Notes: generated by a model from the sequence alone, not told the origin. 37,996 bases of DNA from a virus (IMGVR_UViG_3300023260_000003:1-37996), one strand, 5' to 3'. Shown: positions 26,588 through 36,344, numbered from the stretch's first letter. Program-made: numbers and translations.

Positions 26588-28611
26588 AGACAATTGAAAT
26601 AAAAAATATACAGCTGGTAAACTTCAAAGGGCAAAAAAACGCCTCTATTGATTTTGAGTATAACACTGATATTTACGGGCGTAATGAAAGCGGAAAAACC
26701 ACAATTTTTGATGCTTATACATGGCTTCCTTTCGGGAAGGATTCACAGGACAGAAAAGATTTTGAATTAAAAACGCTGGATTCCAATAACAACGTAATTG
26801 AAAAGCTAGACCACGAAGTAATTGGCACTTATATTGTCAATGGGGAAACAATTGTTTTGCGAAAAGTTTTAAAAGAAAAATGGGTAAAGAAAAAAGGTTC
26901 TGAAAAAACTGAATTTATAGGCAATACTATTGAACATTATTGGAATGATGTCCCGTTAGGAACCGCGAGAGAGTATCAAGACAAGGTAAATTTAATTTGC
27001 GACGAAAGCGTGTTTAAATTGATTACAAATCCCGCTGCTTTTATGGCTTTAAAATGGCAAGAACGCAGGGAAGTACTTTTAAAAATCGCTGATAAAATAT
27101 CGGATGAAACACTCGCCAAAGGAGACAGAGCTTTTGAAAAACTTTTCACAAAGTTAAGCAATAACAAAACTTTGGAAGAGTATAGCAAAGAAATTCAAGC
27201 CAGCATCAAAAAGGCAAAAGATGAATTAAAAGCTATTCCAATCCGCATCGATGAAATTGTGAGAGGCAAGGCCGAAGGCATAGACTTTAAACAAGTTTCT
27301 TTTATGCTGGAAACCAAAATAGAAGAATTGAATAAAATTGATTTGTCTATTCAGAACAAATCGGGAATGTTTGACACTGAAATTGAAAAAAATAATGAAG
27401 CCAAATCCAAAGTTAATCATTTAAAAAATTGGCTTACAGTACAGGAAGGCCTTTATAAAAGCGAAGCAAAAAAGCAAGTTGAAGCGCAAAACAAAGATAT
27501 TGTTGATTTTCAAAATAAGATTGATGAAAACATAAGCAATATTAAAACTGCTGAAAACGCTCTTATTACTTTAAATAGTAAAATTGAATTGATAGGCTCT
27601 GAAATTTTAGAAACAAATGCTAAAATTATTTCAAAGCGTGAACAATGGCATACAGAAAATGCAAAAGAATTGACTTTTGATAATGATTGCTTTGACTGTC
27701 CTACGTGCAAAAGAGCATTTGAGGCCACCGATATTGAAGCCAAAAAAGCAAAGTTACAAACTGATTTTATCACTAGCAAAAAAGCAGAATTAACCAAAAT
27801 TTCAGAGGCTGGAAAAGCATTAAAAAATATTTTGGATAGCCAGCAATCGGAAATAGACGCGCTAAATAAAAGGGTTGAAAATGGCAAAGAGCATATTAAA
27901 ACCCTGCAAACTGCAAACGACAAATTGCTGGAAGACAAAAACAAACTACAGGCAGATAAGGTTATTTTAGTGGAAGACGAAATTTATAAGGAGTTGTTGG
28001 CCTCGGATGAAAACTACCATAAAAAGAAAGCTGAAATTTTGGAAATTGAATCCACTATTATTGAAGTGCCTACAATTGATTTTTCAGAGTTCACAGAGAA
28101 AAAGAAAGTTCTTACGGAAGCAATTGCGGACTTAAACAAAAAAATGCACCAAAAAGAACAAATCAAACTTTCAGACGACAGAATTAAAAAATTACAGGCC
28201 GAAGAAACAATCCTTTCACAACAAATTTTGAATCGAGAGAGAGAGCAATTTGTAATTGATAATTTCAATAAAATTAAAATTGAACATTTGGAAAATTCAA
28301 TTAACACCAAACTGAAAATAGTTAAATTTAAGATGTTCGAAAAACAGATAAATGGCGGCGAGGTGGAATGCTGTGAAGCCCTTTTAGACGGTGTTCCATA
28401 TTCAAACGTTAATACAGCGGGGAAACTCAACATAGGCTTAGATATTATCAATATGCTTTGCGAGTTCTACCAAGTAAGCGCACCAATCATAATCGACAAC
28501 AGAGAGTCGGTAACTGAAATAATCGAATGCCAAAGCCAAATAATTAATTTAGTTGTTAGCCCTGATGACCAAGTTTTAAGAACCCAAACAAAATTAAAAA
28601 TAGCAAATTAA
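26584..28611 (+). CDS. SMC/SbcC-like ATPase
   Basis: Walker A GRNESGKTT, long coiled coil with CPTC Zn-hook, NTAG signature, IIIDN Walker B. Confidence 0.85.
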   Translation: MKTIEIKNIQLVNFKGQKNASIDFEYNTDIYGRNESGKTTIFDAYTWLPFGKDSQDRKDFELKTLDSNNNVIEKLDHEVIGTYIVNGETIVLRKVLKEKWVKKKGSEKTEFIGNTIEHYWNDVPLGTAREYQDKVNLICDESVFKLITNPAAFMALKWQERREVLLKIADKISDETLAKGDRAFEKLFTKLSNNKTLEEYSKEIQASIKKAKDELKAIPIRIDEIVRGKAEGIDFKQVSFMLETKIEELNKIDLSIQNKSGMFDTEIEKNNEAKSKVNHLKNWLTVQEGLYKSEAKKQVEAQNKDIVDFQNKIDENISNIKTAENALITLNSKIELIGSEILETNAKIISKREQWHTENAKELTFDNDCFDCPTCKRAFEATDIEAKKAKLQTDFITSKKAELTKISEAGKALKNILDSQQSEIDALNKRVENGKEHIKTLQTANDKLLEDKNKLQADKVILVEDEIYKELLASDENYHKKKAEILEIESTIIEVPTIDFSEFTEKKKVLTEAIADLNKKMHQKEQIKLSDDRIKKLQAEETILSQQILNREREQFVIDNFNKIKIEHLENSINTKLKIVKFKMFEKQINGGEVECCEALLDGVPYSNVNTAGKLNIGLDIINMLCEFYQVSAPIIIDNRESVTEIIECQSQIINLVVSPDDQVLRTQTKLKIAN

Positions 28612-28622
28612 ATAAAAATACC

Positions 28623-29714
28623 ATGACAGCAAAAAACACAACAACACCAGCAACAGCACCGCAAAATACGCAAGTTGCAGAAATGCCAAACCAACAAAAA
28701 GAAGGGTTTGCAGAAAGATTCACCAACGGAGTAATAGGCGAAGTATTGAAAATTGACCAATCTGTTAGGTTTTCCGAGGCTCAAAATAAATTATTAAAGA
28801 AATACTTCATTGTTATAGATGGAGTTCTTAAAACGGCTGAATTAAACCGAATGAAAAAAAGTGAGCAGTATCGTGATGCTTTGGAAATTGGATGGGCTAC
28901 GGTTAACATGAACAAACTTGCTCAGGATGTGGCCGACCTTTCAAACATCGGAATTGATTGCTCACTTAAAAACTCTGTTTTCTTTATCCCTTACAAAAAC
29001 AATTCTTTGGGTAAATATGATTTAGTACCTATGTTCGGTTATGCAGGGATGGAACAAAAAGCAAGGAATTTTGCTATTGAGTACCCAAAAAATATAGTTT
29101 TCGAATTGGTTTATTCAAATGATAAGTTTAAGGAAATCAAGAAAGATCGTAACAATAAAATCAACACCGTAGAATTTGAAATAACAGACTCTTTTAACAG
29201 AGGTTCTATATTGGGCGGGTTTTGGATGAAAGAATACGACGACGAAAGCAAAAACGAGGTTAGGGTTTTAAGCCTTAAAGACATTGAAAAAAGAAAACCT
29301 AAAAACGCAAGCGTTGAATTTTGGGGAGGCGAAAAAACAGCATGGAAAAGTGGGAAGCAAAACGGAACAGAAACCGTTGACGGCTGGTTTGAAGAAATGT
29401 GCATGAAGACAATTAAACGCCATTGCTTTGATTCCTTCATCCTGTCCAGTGAGAAAATGAATGAGTACGCAACTCGCTTCATGTTGTTGGAAGAAACGTC
29501 TAATAAAATCAATCAAACCGATGATGCACAATCAAACCTTATTGATGAAGTTTCCCAAAACGCCAACAAAAAAGAAATTGATTTCGACGATGCCGAAATT
29601 ATGGAAACTAAGCAATTAAATGAAGCTTTTCCAAATGAAATGCCTACAGCACAAGCCGAATCAGTAGGCAGGTTATTTAACGAGGAAACAACCCAAAACA
29701 GCCCCGATTTTTAA
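28623..29714 (+). CDS. RecT-like single-strand annealing protein
   Basis: FFIPY, GYAG, ELVYSNDKF, WFEEMCMKTIKR; acidic tail ending PDF. Confidence 0.78.
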   Translation: MTAKNTTTPATAPQNTQVAEMPNQQKEGFAERFTNGVIGEVLKIDQSVRFSEAQNKLLKKYFIVIDGVLKTAELNRMKKSEQYRDALEIGWATVNMNKLAQDVADLSNIGIDCSLKNSVFFIPYKNNSLGKYDLVPMFGYAGMEQKARNFAIEYPKNIVFELVYSNDKFKEIKKDRNNKINTVEFEITDSFNRGSILGGFWMKEYDDESKNEVRVLSLKDIEKRKPKNASVEFWGGEKTAWKSGKQNGTETVDGWFEEMCMKTIKRHCFDSFILSSEKMNEYATRFMLLEETSNKINQTDDAQSNLIDEVSQNANKKEIDFDDAEIMETKQLNEAFPNEMPTAQAESVGRLFNEETTQNSPDF

Positions 29715-29733
29715 TTTGCATAAATAATTTACA

Positions 29734-29780
29734 AACATTTGAACTGTAAAGATTTATTTGACAGTTCAAATGTTGTTTTA
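29734..29780 (+). terminator. 14-bp inverted repeat, probable terminator
   Basis: AACATTTGAACTGT-N13-ACAGTTCAAATGTT followed by GTTTT. Confidence 0.5.
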
Positions 29781-29835
29781 TAAGCGAAAAAATTATTTAA
29801 TATTTTTAATGTGTTAACTATCTAAAATTTAAATT

Positions 29836-30183
29836 ATGGAAATGGACGACTTTAAAATTAAAAATAAAGAAGGATTACAATTGACCGTAACTAATTTACA
29901 TCCAGAAAATTATGAGGCGTTAATTGGGGGCATGAGTAATAATCCAACTTGGAATGAATATTTAATTATTTATAAAGACAAACGTAAACCTCATTTTGAA
30001 CTGGTAAAACGAGCAATCAAAGAATTAGGCTGGATAGGAATAACAGCGGATTATGTGGCTAACGACACGTGTTTTGTTTTTTCTGACGGGACTGCTATCG
30101 GTTTTTCATGGCGTGCGTGGGGTGATTTAATGCAGGCTATTGTAGGGAAAAGAGAGGGTTATATGAAATATTACATGAAATGA
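29836..30183 (+). CDS. Hypothetical protein
   Basis: 115 aa, FSWRAWGDLM motif. Confidence 0.6.
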   Translation: MEMDDFKIKNKEGLQLTVTNLHPENYEALIGGMSNNPTWNEYLIIYKDKRKPHFELVKRAIKELGWIGITADYVANDTCFVFSDGTAIGFSWRAWGDLMQAIVGKREGYMKYYMK

Positions 30184-30413
30184 AACAATCAAACCACATC
30201 CCCAGCCCAAACAGATTATCTATTGCACAAAAACAATTAATTGAAAGTTATTTTTGTGGTGAAAACTCAAAGAATTTCACGGATGCCAAAGGAATTGTTT
30301 TGAATAAAACATGGCAAATCAGCGAACTAACGGGAATAAACGAGTTTAGAGTAGTCCGATATTTAAACCGATTAATTGAACAGAAAATAAAAAAAATGAA
30401 TAATGAAAATTAA
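30180..30413 (+). CDS. Hypothetical protein, HTH-like
   Basis: TWQISELTGINEFRVVRYL. Confidence 0.5.
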   Translation: MKQSNHIPSPNRLSIAQKQLIESYFCGENSKNFTDAKGIVLNKTWQISELTGINEFRVVRYLNRLIEQKIKKMNNEN

Positions 30414-30630
30414 TGATTCCCAAACGGCAGAGGAATTGGCCAACGAAAAACAAAAAAAATTGAGCAATATTTTATCTCAATTGCAACAAGTAAACAAACA
30501 AGTTAAAAGGCAAATACTTATAATTAACATTTGCATTTATGCAGTTAAGATTATTCTTTTTTTAGTAATGGCGTATTTTTTTTGTTTTGCTTTATACGCG
30601 ATTTACTCTATAATAAAAATAAATTTTTAA
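30403..30630 (+). CDS. Small membrane-anchored protein
   Basis: Coiled coil followed by a hydrophobic C-terminus. Confidence 0.5.
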   Translation: MKINDSQTAEELANEKQKKLSNILSQLQQVNKQVKRQILIINICIYAVKIILFLVMAYFFCFALYAIYSIIKINF

Positions 30631-30675
30631 TGTAATTTTTTATTATATTTGTAATTCATTAATAAATAAAAAGTT

Positions 30676-30885
30676 ATGGGAAGAAACAAAATTACGGACG
30701 GCACAAAATTGGTTTATTTAGCGTTGCCTATCTCTGAAAATGATTTAGAAAAATTAGGTAAAAAAATTATAGAACCCGAATTTAAAAAAATGATTGTGAA
30801 ATTAATACACAACGTTGAAAAAGGGAAGGTTAGCAATCAGATAAATCTTATTGATGCGATTGCCGAAATTGAAAATAAAATATAA
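30676..30885 (+). CDS. Hypothetical protein, possible small DNA binder
   Basis: MGRNKI start; TATATTTG promoter element at 30644-30651. Confidence 0.5.
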   Translation: MGRNKITDGTKLVYLALPISENDLEKLGKKIIEPEFKKMIVKLIHNVEKGKVSNQINLIDAIAEIENKI

Positions 30886-30887
30886 TT

Positions 30888-31190
30888 ATGGGTAATTATT
30901 ACATACTTGATGAAAACAAAAACCCTGTTAAGGCATCGTTATTTGATGCATTTAGCTGGATAGATAAAGGAAACAATAGGGTAGTGGAGCAAACAAAGTT
31001 TGGTGAAATTCTTGTTTCAACTGTCTTTTTAGCAATTGACCATTCTTTTTATAAAGGAGGTAATCCGATTTTGTTTGAAACAATGATTTTTGGTGGTGAG
31101 CATGACCAATTTCAACAACGATATGGATCATGGAAAGAAGCGGTAAAAGGTCATCAGCAAGCTTGTGAAATGGTTTTAAATACTAATTAA
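30888..31190 (+). CDS. Conserved phage hypothetical protein
   Basis: VSTVFL.IDH...PILFETMIFGG motif. Confidence 0.65.
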   Translation: MGNYYILDENKNPVKASLFDAFSWIDKGNNRVVEQTKFGEILVSTVFLAIDHSFYKGGNPILFETMIFGGEHDQFQQRYGSWKEAVKGHQQACEMVLNTN

Positions 31191-31199
31191 TATAATATT

Positions 31200-31469
31200 A
31201 TGGGAAAATACATTAATCAAAATTCAAAAGGTCAATTTATAGGAACGTATTTTGAAGAAAAATATAAATCTCTTGTTAACGACGGAGCAATAAAAATTGA
31301 TGTTCCTAAAGAGTTTAAAGAAAACCTTGTTTGTTTGGTTGACAATCAATTGTTTGGAGCTATTGGTTACGCATACGACGAAAGAGAAATGAATGATTTT
31401 ATTGATGGTGCTGGTGATAGAAAATTTCAATGGTTTATTTATAAACACGCAAAAGAACTGGCTAAATGA
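31200..31469 (+). CDS. Hypothetical protein
   Basis: Packed ORF overlapping the next start. Confidence 0.55.
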   Translation: MGKYINQNSKGQFIGTYFEEKYKSLVNDGAIKIDVPKEFKENLVCLVDNQLFGAIGYAYDEREMNDFIDGAGDRKFQWFIYKHAKELAK

Positions 31470-32212
31470 AATTAAAAATACTTGGTTCGGGAAGTAGTGG
31501 CAATTGCTATTTACTACAAAACAAAAACGAATGTTTGATTATTGAAGCAGGGGTAAATATTAAGCAGCTTAAAATTGCGCTTGATTTCGATTTTAGCAAG
31601 GTTGTAGGATGCATTGTATCGCACGAACACAACGACCATGCAAAAGAAATACAAAGCATCCAAGCACTTGGAATAAATTGCTATTTTTCAGAAGGCACGG
31701 CACTCACAGCCATTAAATCAACAAATCATAATCCAAGAACCAAAATCATAAAGCACGGCCAAACTTTCGCAGCTGGAAACTTTAAAATAATGGGTTTTGA
31801 TATTAAGCACGATGCCGCCGAACCGTTAGGGTTTTTAATTTATCACCCCGATTGCGGGAAAGTTTTATTTATAACAGATTCAAAATACTGCAATTACAAA
31901 TTTAAGAACCTAAATAACATTATAATTGAGGCTAATTATTCAAATGAAATAATTACTTCAAAATACACGGCTGAAAACAATAAATTATTTCTTAGAAATA
32001 GAATTTTAGATTCCCACCTTTCAATTGAAAATTGCATCGACTTACTGAAATCGAATGATTTATCACAAATTAATAATATAATTTTAATACATTTATCAGA
32101 TTCAAATTCCCACGAAAAGGATTTTGTAAAGCAAATCGAGGATTTAACCGCTAAAACGGTGCTATCAGCAAATCAGGGAATGGAAATCCCATTTTGTAAA
32201 TCCCCGTTTTAA
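31466..32212 (+). CDS. MBL-fold metallo-hydrolase (likely nuclease)
   Basis: LGSGSSGNCY, SHEHNDH, KHDA, ITDS, HLS motifs. Confidence 0.88.
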   Translation: MKLKILGSGSSGNCYLLQNKNECLIIEAGVNIKQLKIALDFDFSKVVGCIVSHEHNDHAKEIQSIQALGINCYFSEGTALTAIKSTNHNPRTKIIKHGQTFAAGNFKIMGFDIKHDAAEPLGFLIYHPDCGKVLFITDSKYCNYKFKNLNNIIIEANYSNEIITSKYTAENNKLFLRNRILDSHLSIENCIDLLKSNDLSQINNIILIHLSDSNSHEKDFVKQIEDLTAKTVLSANQGMEIPFCKSPF

Positions 32213-32233
32213 AATAACGTAAGGATAAAGGAT

Positions 32234-32446
32234 ATGAAAGAGAAATATACTAAAGTGATTTATGATACACTTTTAAAAATGGAGATTGATGATAGTTTTA
32301 GTAAAATGCATTTTATAATTAAATACTGGAATGACTATGATTTTTTTTGTGATAGGTCTTTTTGTGCCTTGTTTTGCAAAATAAAAAAATTATTCCCTGA
32401 TAAAAAATTTAAAACGATACACGGGAATATCGTAAGAATCAAATAA
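32234..32446 (+). CDS. Hypothetical protein
   Basis: 70-aa ORF in operon. Confidence 0.5.
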   Translation: MKEKYTKVIYDTLLKMEIDDSFSKMHFIIKYWNDYDFFCDRSFCALFCKIKKLFPDKKFKTIHGNIVRIK

Positions 32447-32475
32447 TATTTAAACACTAACTTAACATATTAAAA

Positions 32476-33195
32476 ATGAGCAACACATTAGAAACACTTG
32501 AACAGGAAGCACCAGTTAAAAACAGTACAAAAGATTACGAAAAATTTAGATTTTTACGAGCAAACAGAGCAATTAATAAAAATAACGTTGAAAAAATAAA
32601 AGCATCATACAGGGAGTGGGGTGTTATTGCTGGTCGCCCAATCTTGATTGATAAAGATTTTAATATAATTGACGGGCAACACCGTTTTTTAGCCCTTAAA
32701 GATTTAGGATTTCCAATTCCATATGAAATAATAGGCGGGGATATAATAGGTAAAACAATGGCTTTAAATTCAAATCAAGATGAATGGCAACTTATTGATT
32801 ATGCTAAAAGTTATGCAGAACAGGGATATGATTGTTATCGAAAACTATTGAAATATGATGAGAAAAACAAATTAGGCTTCACAAACTCTCTAAGAATTTG
32901 TTTTGGTTCTAAAACAAAGGGATTAGATGTAAAAAAAGGAAGGGATTTTGAATTTAAAGATAATGCAGATGAAATTGCGGATTACATAAATAACATAGGT
33001 GATCTTCCTTTTAAAACAACAAAGGCATTTATTATGGCTATTCAAAATCTTTTTAATAAAGCAGATTTAGAACAAAGAAATATTATAAGAAACAATATTT
33101 TAAAAGTTCCAAAATTCACTAATCACAACGATTACAAAACAGCTTTTGAAAATATTTTGAATAATAAAAAGAAAAACAATTTTGTAAGATTATAA
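32476..33195 (+). CDS. ParB/Srx-like domain protein
   Basis: NRAIN...PILID...IIDGQHRF. Confidence 0.72.
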   Translation: MSNTLETLEQEAPVKNSTKDYEKFRFLRANRAINKNNVEKIKASYREWGVIAGRPILIDKDFNIIDGQHRFLALKDLGFPIPYEIIGGDIIGKTMALNSNQDEWQLIDYAKSYAEQGYDCYRKLLKYDEKNKLGFTNSLRICFGSKTKGLDVKKGRDFEFKDNADEIADYINNIGDLPFKTTKAFIMAIQNLFNKADLEQRNIIRNNILKVPKFTNHNDYKTAFENILNNKKKNNFVRL

Positions 33196-33201
33196 CTAAT
33201 T

Positions 33202-33792
33202 ATGTCAGATATGTTTAACAGTATAGAATATAAAGAATCTATACGCTTAACCTCATTGCATATTGTAGAGCAAATAAAAGATTTAAGGCGAACTCAAAAC
33301 AACAATGAGATATATTTATTGATTAGGGATGGTTTAGACTACATAATAAATCAATCTAAACTCTTTGAAAAAGCAAGTTGTAGCAAAGGTTGCTCATTCT
33401 GTTGCCATGACAAAATCATAGTTTCAAAAATGGAAATCGAACACATTAAGAAGGTTGTAAAAGAAAAAAACATTGTCCCAAATCAGCGAAGACTGCGACA
33501 GCAAAGACAAAACAACCCGAATATTAAATGGGAAGATAAAGCCTGTTCGTTGCTGTCAGAACCCGACGAAAACGGCCAAAGGATTTGTACTATTTATGAT
33601 GAAAGGCCGTTGATTTGCAGAACCCACAACAGCCGAGAAGACCCGAAATTTTGCAATAAATCGGAGTACCCAAAAAGGGGAATACAAGAAGGTAGGGCGA
33701 TTGAAATGGACTCATTACAAATGGCACTTATAATTGTGGACGTTCCCAAAGGGCAGAACAATTACGAAACCGCACTACATGATATTTTATAA
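33202..33792 (+). CDS. YkgJ-like cysteine-cluster (Fe-S/Zn) protein
   Basis: CSKGCSFCC...CSLL...CTIY..RPLICR. Confidence 0.78.
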   Translation: MSDMFNSIEYKESIRLTSLHIVEQIKDLRRTQNNNEIYLLIRDGLDYIINQSKLFEKASCSKGCSFCCHDKIIVSKMEIEHIKKVVKEKNIVPNQRRLRQQRQNNPNIKWEDKACSLLSEPDENGQRICTIYDERPLICRTHNSREDPKFCNKSEYPKRGIQEGRAIEMDSLQMALIIVDVPKGQNNYETALHDIL

Positions 33793-33800
33793 AAAAAGCT

Positions 33801-33827
33801 AAACCACTCATTATGAGTGGTTTTTTT
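33801..33827 (+). terminator. Intrinsic terminator
   Basis: AAACCACTCA-TTA-TGAGTGGTTT plus T run. Confidence 0.75.
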
Positions 33828-33839
33828 GTAAATTTATAC

Positions 33840-34055
33840 ATGAAATTAAACAAAGACCAAATATTTAAAATCGCCAAAGCTAAAATTTTGGAGTTAGAAA
33901 TTGACAGGATTACTAATTTATTCAGCCATTTGCCTATCGACATAAAAAGTTTTTATAACTGTTTTCCAATTGGCTCAGACGAATATAAAACATTAAAAGA
34001 ATTAACAGGAAGGTTTGAACGCTCTGACATTGAAAATAAAATAGCATCCAAATGA
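33840..34055 (+). CDS. Hypothetical protein
   Basis: ATG at 33840; the track's start at 33813 lies inside the terminator. Confidence 0.5.
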   Translation: MKLNKDQIFKIAKAKILELEIDRITNLFSHLPIDIKSFYNCFPIGSDEYKTLKELTGRFERSDIENKIASK

Positions 34056-34984
34056 ATAAAACAGTAGGCACCAATAGGAAAAAAATTTGTTTTTACTATC
34101 ACCATATTAATTCCATTGGAGGCGTTGAGATTGCAATACTTAACTTAATTGAAAAGCTTCACATAAATTATGATATAACAATAGCATACACGGCAAAGGA
34201 TTCCGATATTGAAATGTTAATCCGTATGAGTAAATATGCGTCTATTGTGAATTTGAATTACAGAATAATAGAGGTTGATACTGTTGTTTATTGTTCGCTT
34301 TATTGCATAAAAGACAAAATAAAAGCACAAAAGGAATTAAGATGGCTACATGGTTGTTTAGCTGATATGAAATGTAGATTGCCAAAAGAAATCATTGAAA
34401 ATTATATTGCGGTCGGTAGAACTTGTAAAGAACAATTAGATTCACAGTTAAGCAATAAAGAATCAATTTTAATTTATAATGAATTAAACCCCAATATTCA
34501 TCTATTAGCTGGTGAACCTAAAATAAATAAAAGATTGACTCTTGTAACAGTTTCGAGAATATCAAGAGAAAAAGGTTTCGAGAGAATGCTTAAAGTTTCG
34601 GAAAAACTAAAAGGCATCGATTACGTTTGGCACATTGTAGGGAGCGGATATGATAAAAGCTACGAAGAACAAATAAAAAAGATTGCTCCAAAAGAATGGG
34701 TATTTCATGGTAAACTAGATAACCCATACCCATTTATAAAAAACGCTGATTTTCTTTTGCAGCTATCAGACTATGAAGCGTTCGGTTTTGTTTTATTAGA
34801 GGCTTTGGTTTTAGGCACAACGGTAATCACAACAGACTATTCCAGTGCCAGCGAAATGATAAATAATAAAAACGGCTATATCATAAAAAAAGATTTATCG
34901 GATTTCACCCCTGAATTATTAGTAAAAAAAGTTTTCACGCATAGACATAAATCAGGACTTGAAAAATGGAAAAAACTGCTATAA
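34052..34984 (+). CDS. GT-B (GT4-like) glycosyltransferase
   Basis: IGGVE, VSRISREKG, NPYPFIKNAD, SDYEAFGFVLLEA (Ex7E). Confidence 0.88.
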   Translation: MNKTVGTNRKKICFYYHHINSIGGVEIAILNLIEKLHINYDITIAYTAKDSDIEMLIRMSKYASIVNLNYRIIEVDTVVYCSLYCIKDKIKAQKELRWLHGCLADMKCRLPKEIIENYIAVGRTCKEQLDSQLSNKESILIYNELNPNIHLLAGEPKINKRLTLVTVSRISREKGFERMLKVSEKLKGIDYVWHIVGSGYDKSYEEQIKKIAPKEWVFHGKLDNPYPFIKNADFLLQLSDYEAFGFVLLEALVLGTTVITTDYSSASEMINNKNGYIIKKDLSDFTPELLVKKVFTHRHKSGLEKWKKLL

Positions 34985-35172
34985 AAACATTCTACTTAAG
35001 AGTAATTATTCCCTTTCACGATATACAATGTGAAGGAATTAAAAGATTACGAAATGAAGAATTTGAATGTTCTGAAGAGAGAGGCAAAGAATTGTTAAAT
35101 TACAATTACACAAAATCCTACATGAAAGAAGGAACAATTAACAGAATAGTTGAATTAATTGAAATAAAATAA
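34966..35172 (+). CDS. Small hypothetical protein coupled to the glycosyltransferase
   Basis: Overlaps the GT end; EEFECSEERGKELL. Confidence 0.55.
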   Translation: MEKTAIKTFYLRVIIPFHDIQCEGIKRLRNEEFECSEERGKELLNYNYTKSYMKEGTINRIVELIEIK

Positions 35173-35173
35173 A

Positions 35174-35236
35174 ATGTCATACCCAATAAGTAAATTCAAG
35201 AACAATCCCAGCAACCCGAGAATTATCAAAGATTAA
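35174..35236 (+). pseudogene. N-terminal remnant of a ParB-like gene
   Basis: MSYPISKFKNNPSNPRIIKD-stop resembles PKNPRFIRD of 35799-36344. Confidence 0.6.
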
Positions 35237-35284
35237 AAAACACTTGTTAGCCAATGAATGGGATTTGTTTTGTATTTTTGCAAC

Positions 35285-35818
35285 ATGAAAGAATATACAT
35301 GTAAACAATGCAATACGGTTTTTAATAGCAATAAAGGTGATAAATCAAGAACCCCCTCATTTTGCAGTCGTAAGTGTGCAGCAATATACAATGTTGCAAA
35401 AAAAGAGGTAAAAGAAAAAATGTCAAAAGCAAAACTTGGAAAAATTCCTTGGAATAAGGGTGTTAAAATGTGGGAAGGGAAAGAACATCCTAGAGGAGCA
35501 AAAGGGATGAAGTTTCCAGAACGTTCGGGTGCGAATAATAAATGGTGGAAAGGTGGCGTATCAACTCAAAATGAATTAGACAGAAAAGGAATTGAATATA
35601 AATATTGGAGAATTTCTGTATTTGAAAGAGATAATTATACTTGTGTTGATTGTGGTAAAATAGGAGGTAAATTAAATGCTGATCACATAAAGCCTTTTGC
35701 TTTGTTTAAAGAATTACGGTTTGATATAAACAACGGAAGAACTTTATGTACTGAATGTCATTATAAAACAGATACCTACGGAGGAAAAATGCTGAAATAT
35801 GAAAATACAATTGATTAA
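35285..35818 (+). CDS. HNH endonuclease with Zn-finger and NUMOD3-like motifs
   Basis: CKQC..FCSRKC, PWNKG, RDNYTCVDC..ADHIK..NGRTLCTECH; ATG at 35285, just after TATTTTTG (35273-35280). Confidence 0.85.
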   Translation: MKEYTCKQCNTVFNSNKGDKSRTPSFCSRKCAAIYNVAKKEVKEKMSKAKLGKIPWNKGVKMWEGKEHPRGAKGMKFPERSGANNKWWKGGVSTQNELDRKGIEYKYWRISVFERDNYTCVDCGKIGGKLNADHIKPFALFKELRFDINNGRTLCTECHYKTDTYGGKMLKYENTID

Positions 35819-36344
35819 TACAAAAGATTTAAAAATAAATAAAGGGCAAATAATTGGATTACCAAAAAATCCAAGATTTATTCGTGATGATAAATTTTTA
35901 AAATTAAAAAACTCCATTGAATCAGACCCCGAAATGTTGGAATTACGGGAAGTTATTGCATACGACAATAATAATGAGTTGATTGTTATTTGTGGTAATA
36001 TGAGATTGAAAGCATCAATTGAATTAGGATTAAAAGAGATTCCAACTAAAATTTTACCTAATGAAACCACTTTAGAAAAATTAAAAGCATACACAATTAA
36101 AGACAATGTTTCCTTTGGGGAGCATTCATGGGAAGATTTAGCCAATGAGTGGGATTCAGAACAGTTGCAGGATTGGGGTTTGGATTTGCCTATTGATTAT
36201 AATAATGAAGAAGATGAACCCGAAGAAGAAAGCACCTATACACCAACTTATAAGTTTGAAGTTTCGTGTAATACCGAAGCTGAAAAAAATAAATTAATGG
36301 GTGAGCTTTTAAAAAAAGGATTTAGCTGTACAGATGATTATTAA
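35799..36344 (+). CDS. ParB/Srx-like domain protein next to the terminase genes
   Basis: NPRFI...SI...PEML..R...GNMRLKA...IKDN. Confidence 0.72.
   Translation: MKIQLINTKDLKINKGQIIGLPKNPRFIRDDKFLKLKNSIESDPEMLELREVIAYDNNNELIVICGNMRLKASIELGLKEIPTKILPNETTLEKLKAYTIKDNVSFGEHSWEDLANEWDSEQLQDWGLDLPIDYNNEEDEPEEESTYTPTYKFEVSCNTEAEKNKLMGELLKKGFSCTDDY

Noticed and set aside
26976-29531. Minus-strand ORFs within the ATPase and RecT genes
   Set aside because: Shadows of strongly supported plus-strand genes
35237-35890. Group I intron carrying the HNH gene
   Set aside because: Too little non-coding sequence for a ribozyme core, and the downstream gene has its own complete start
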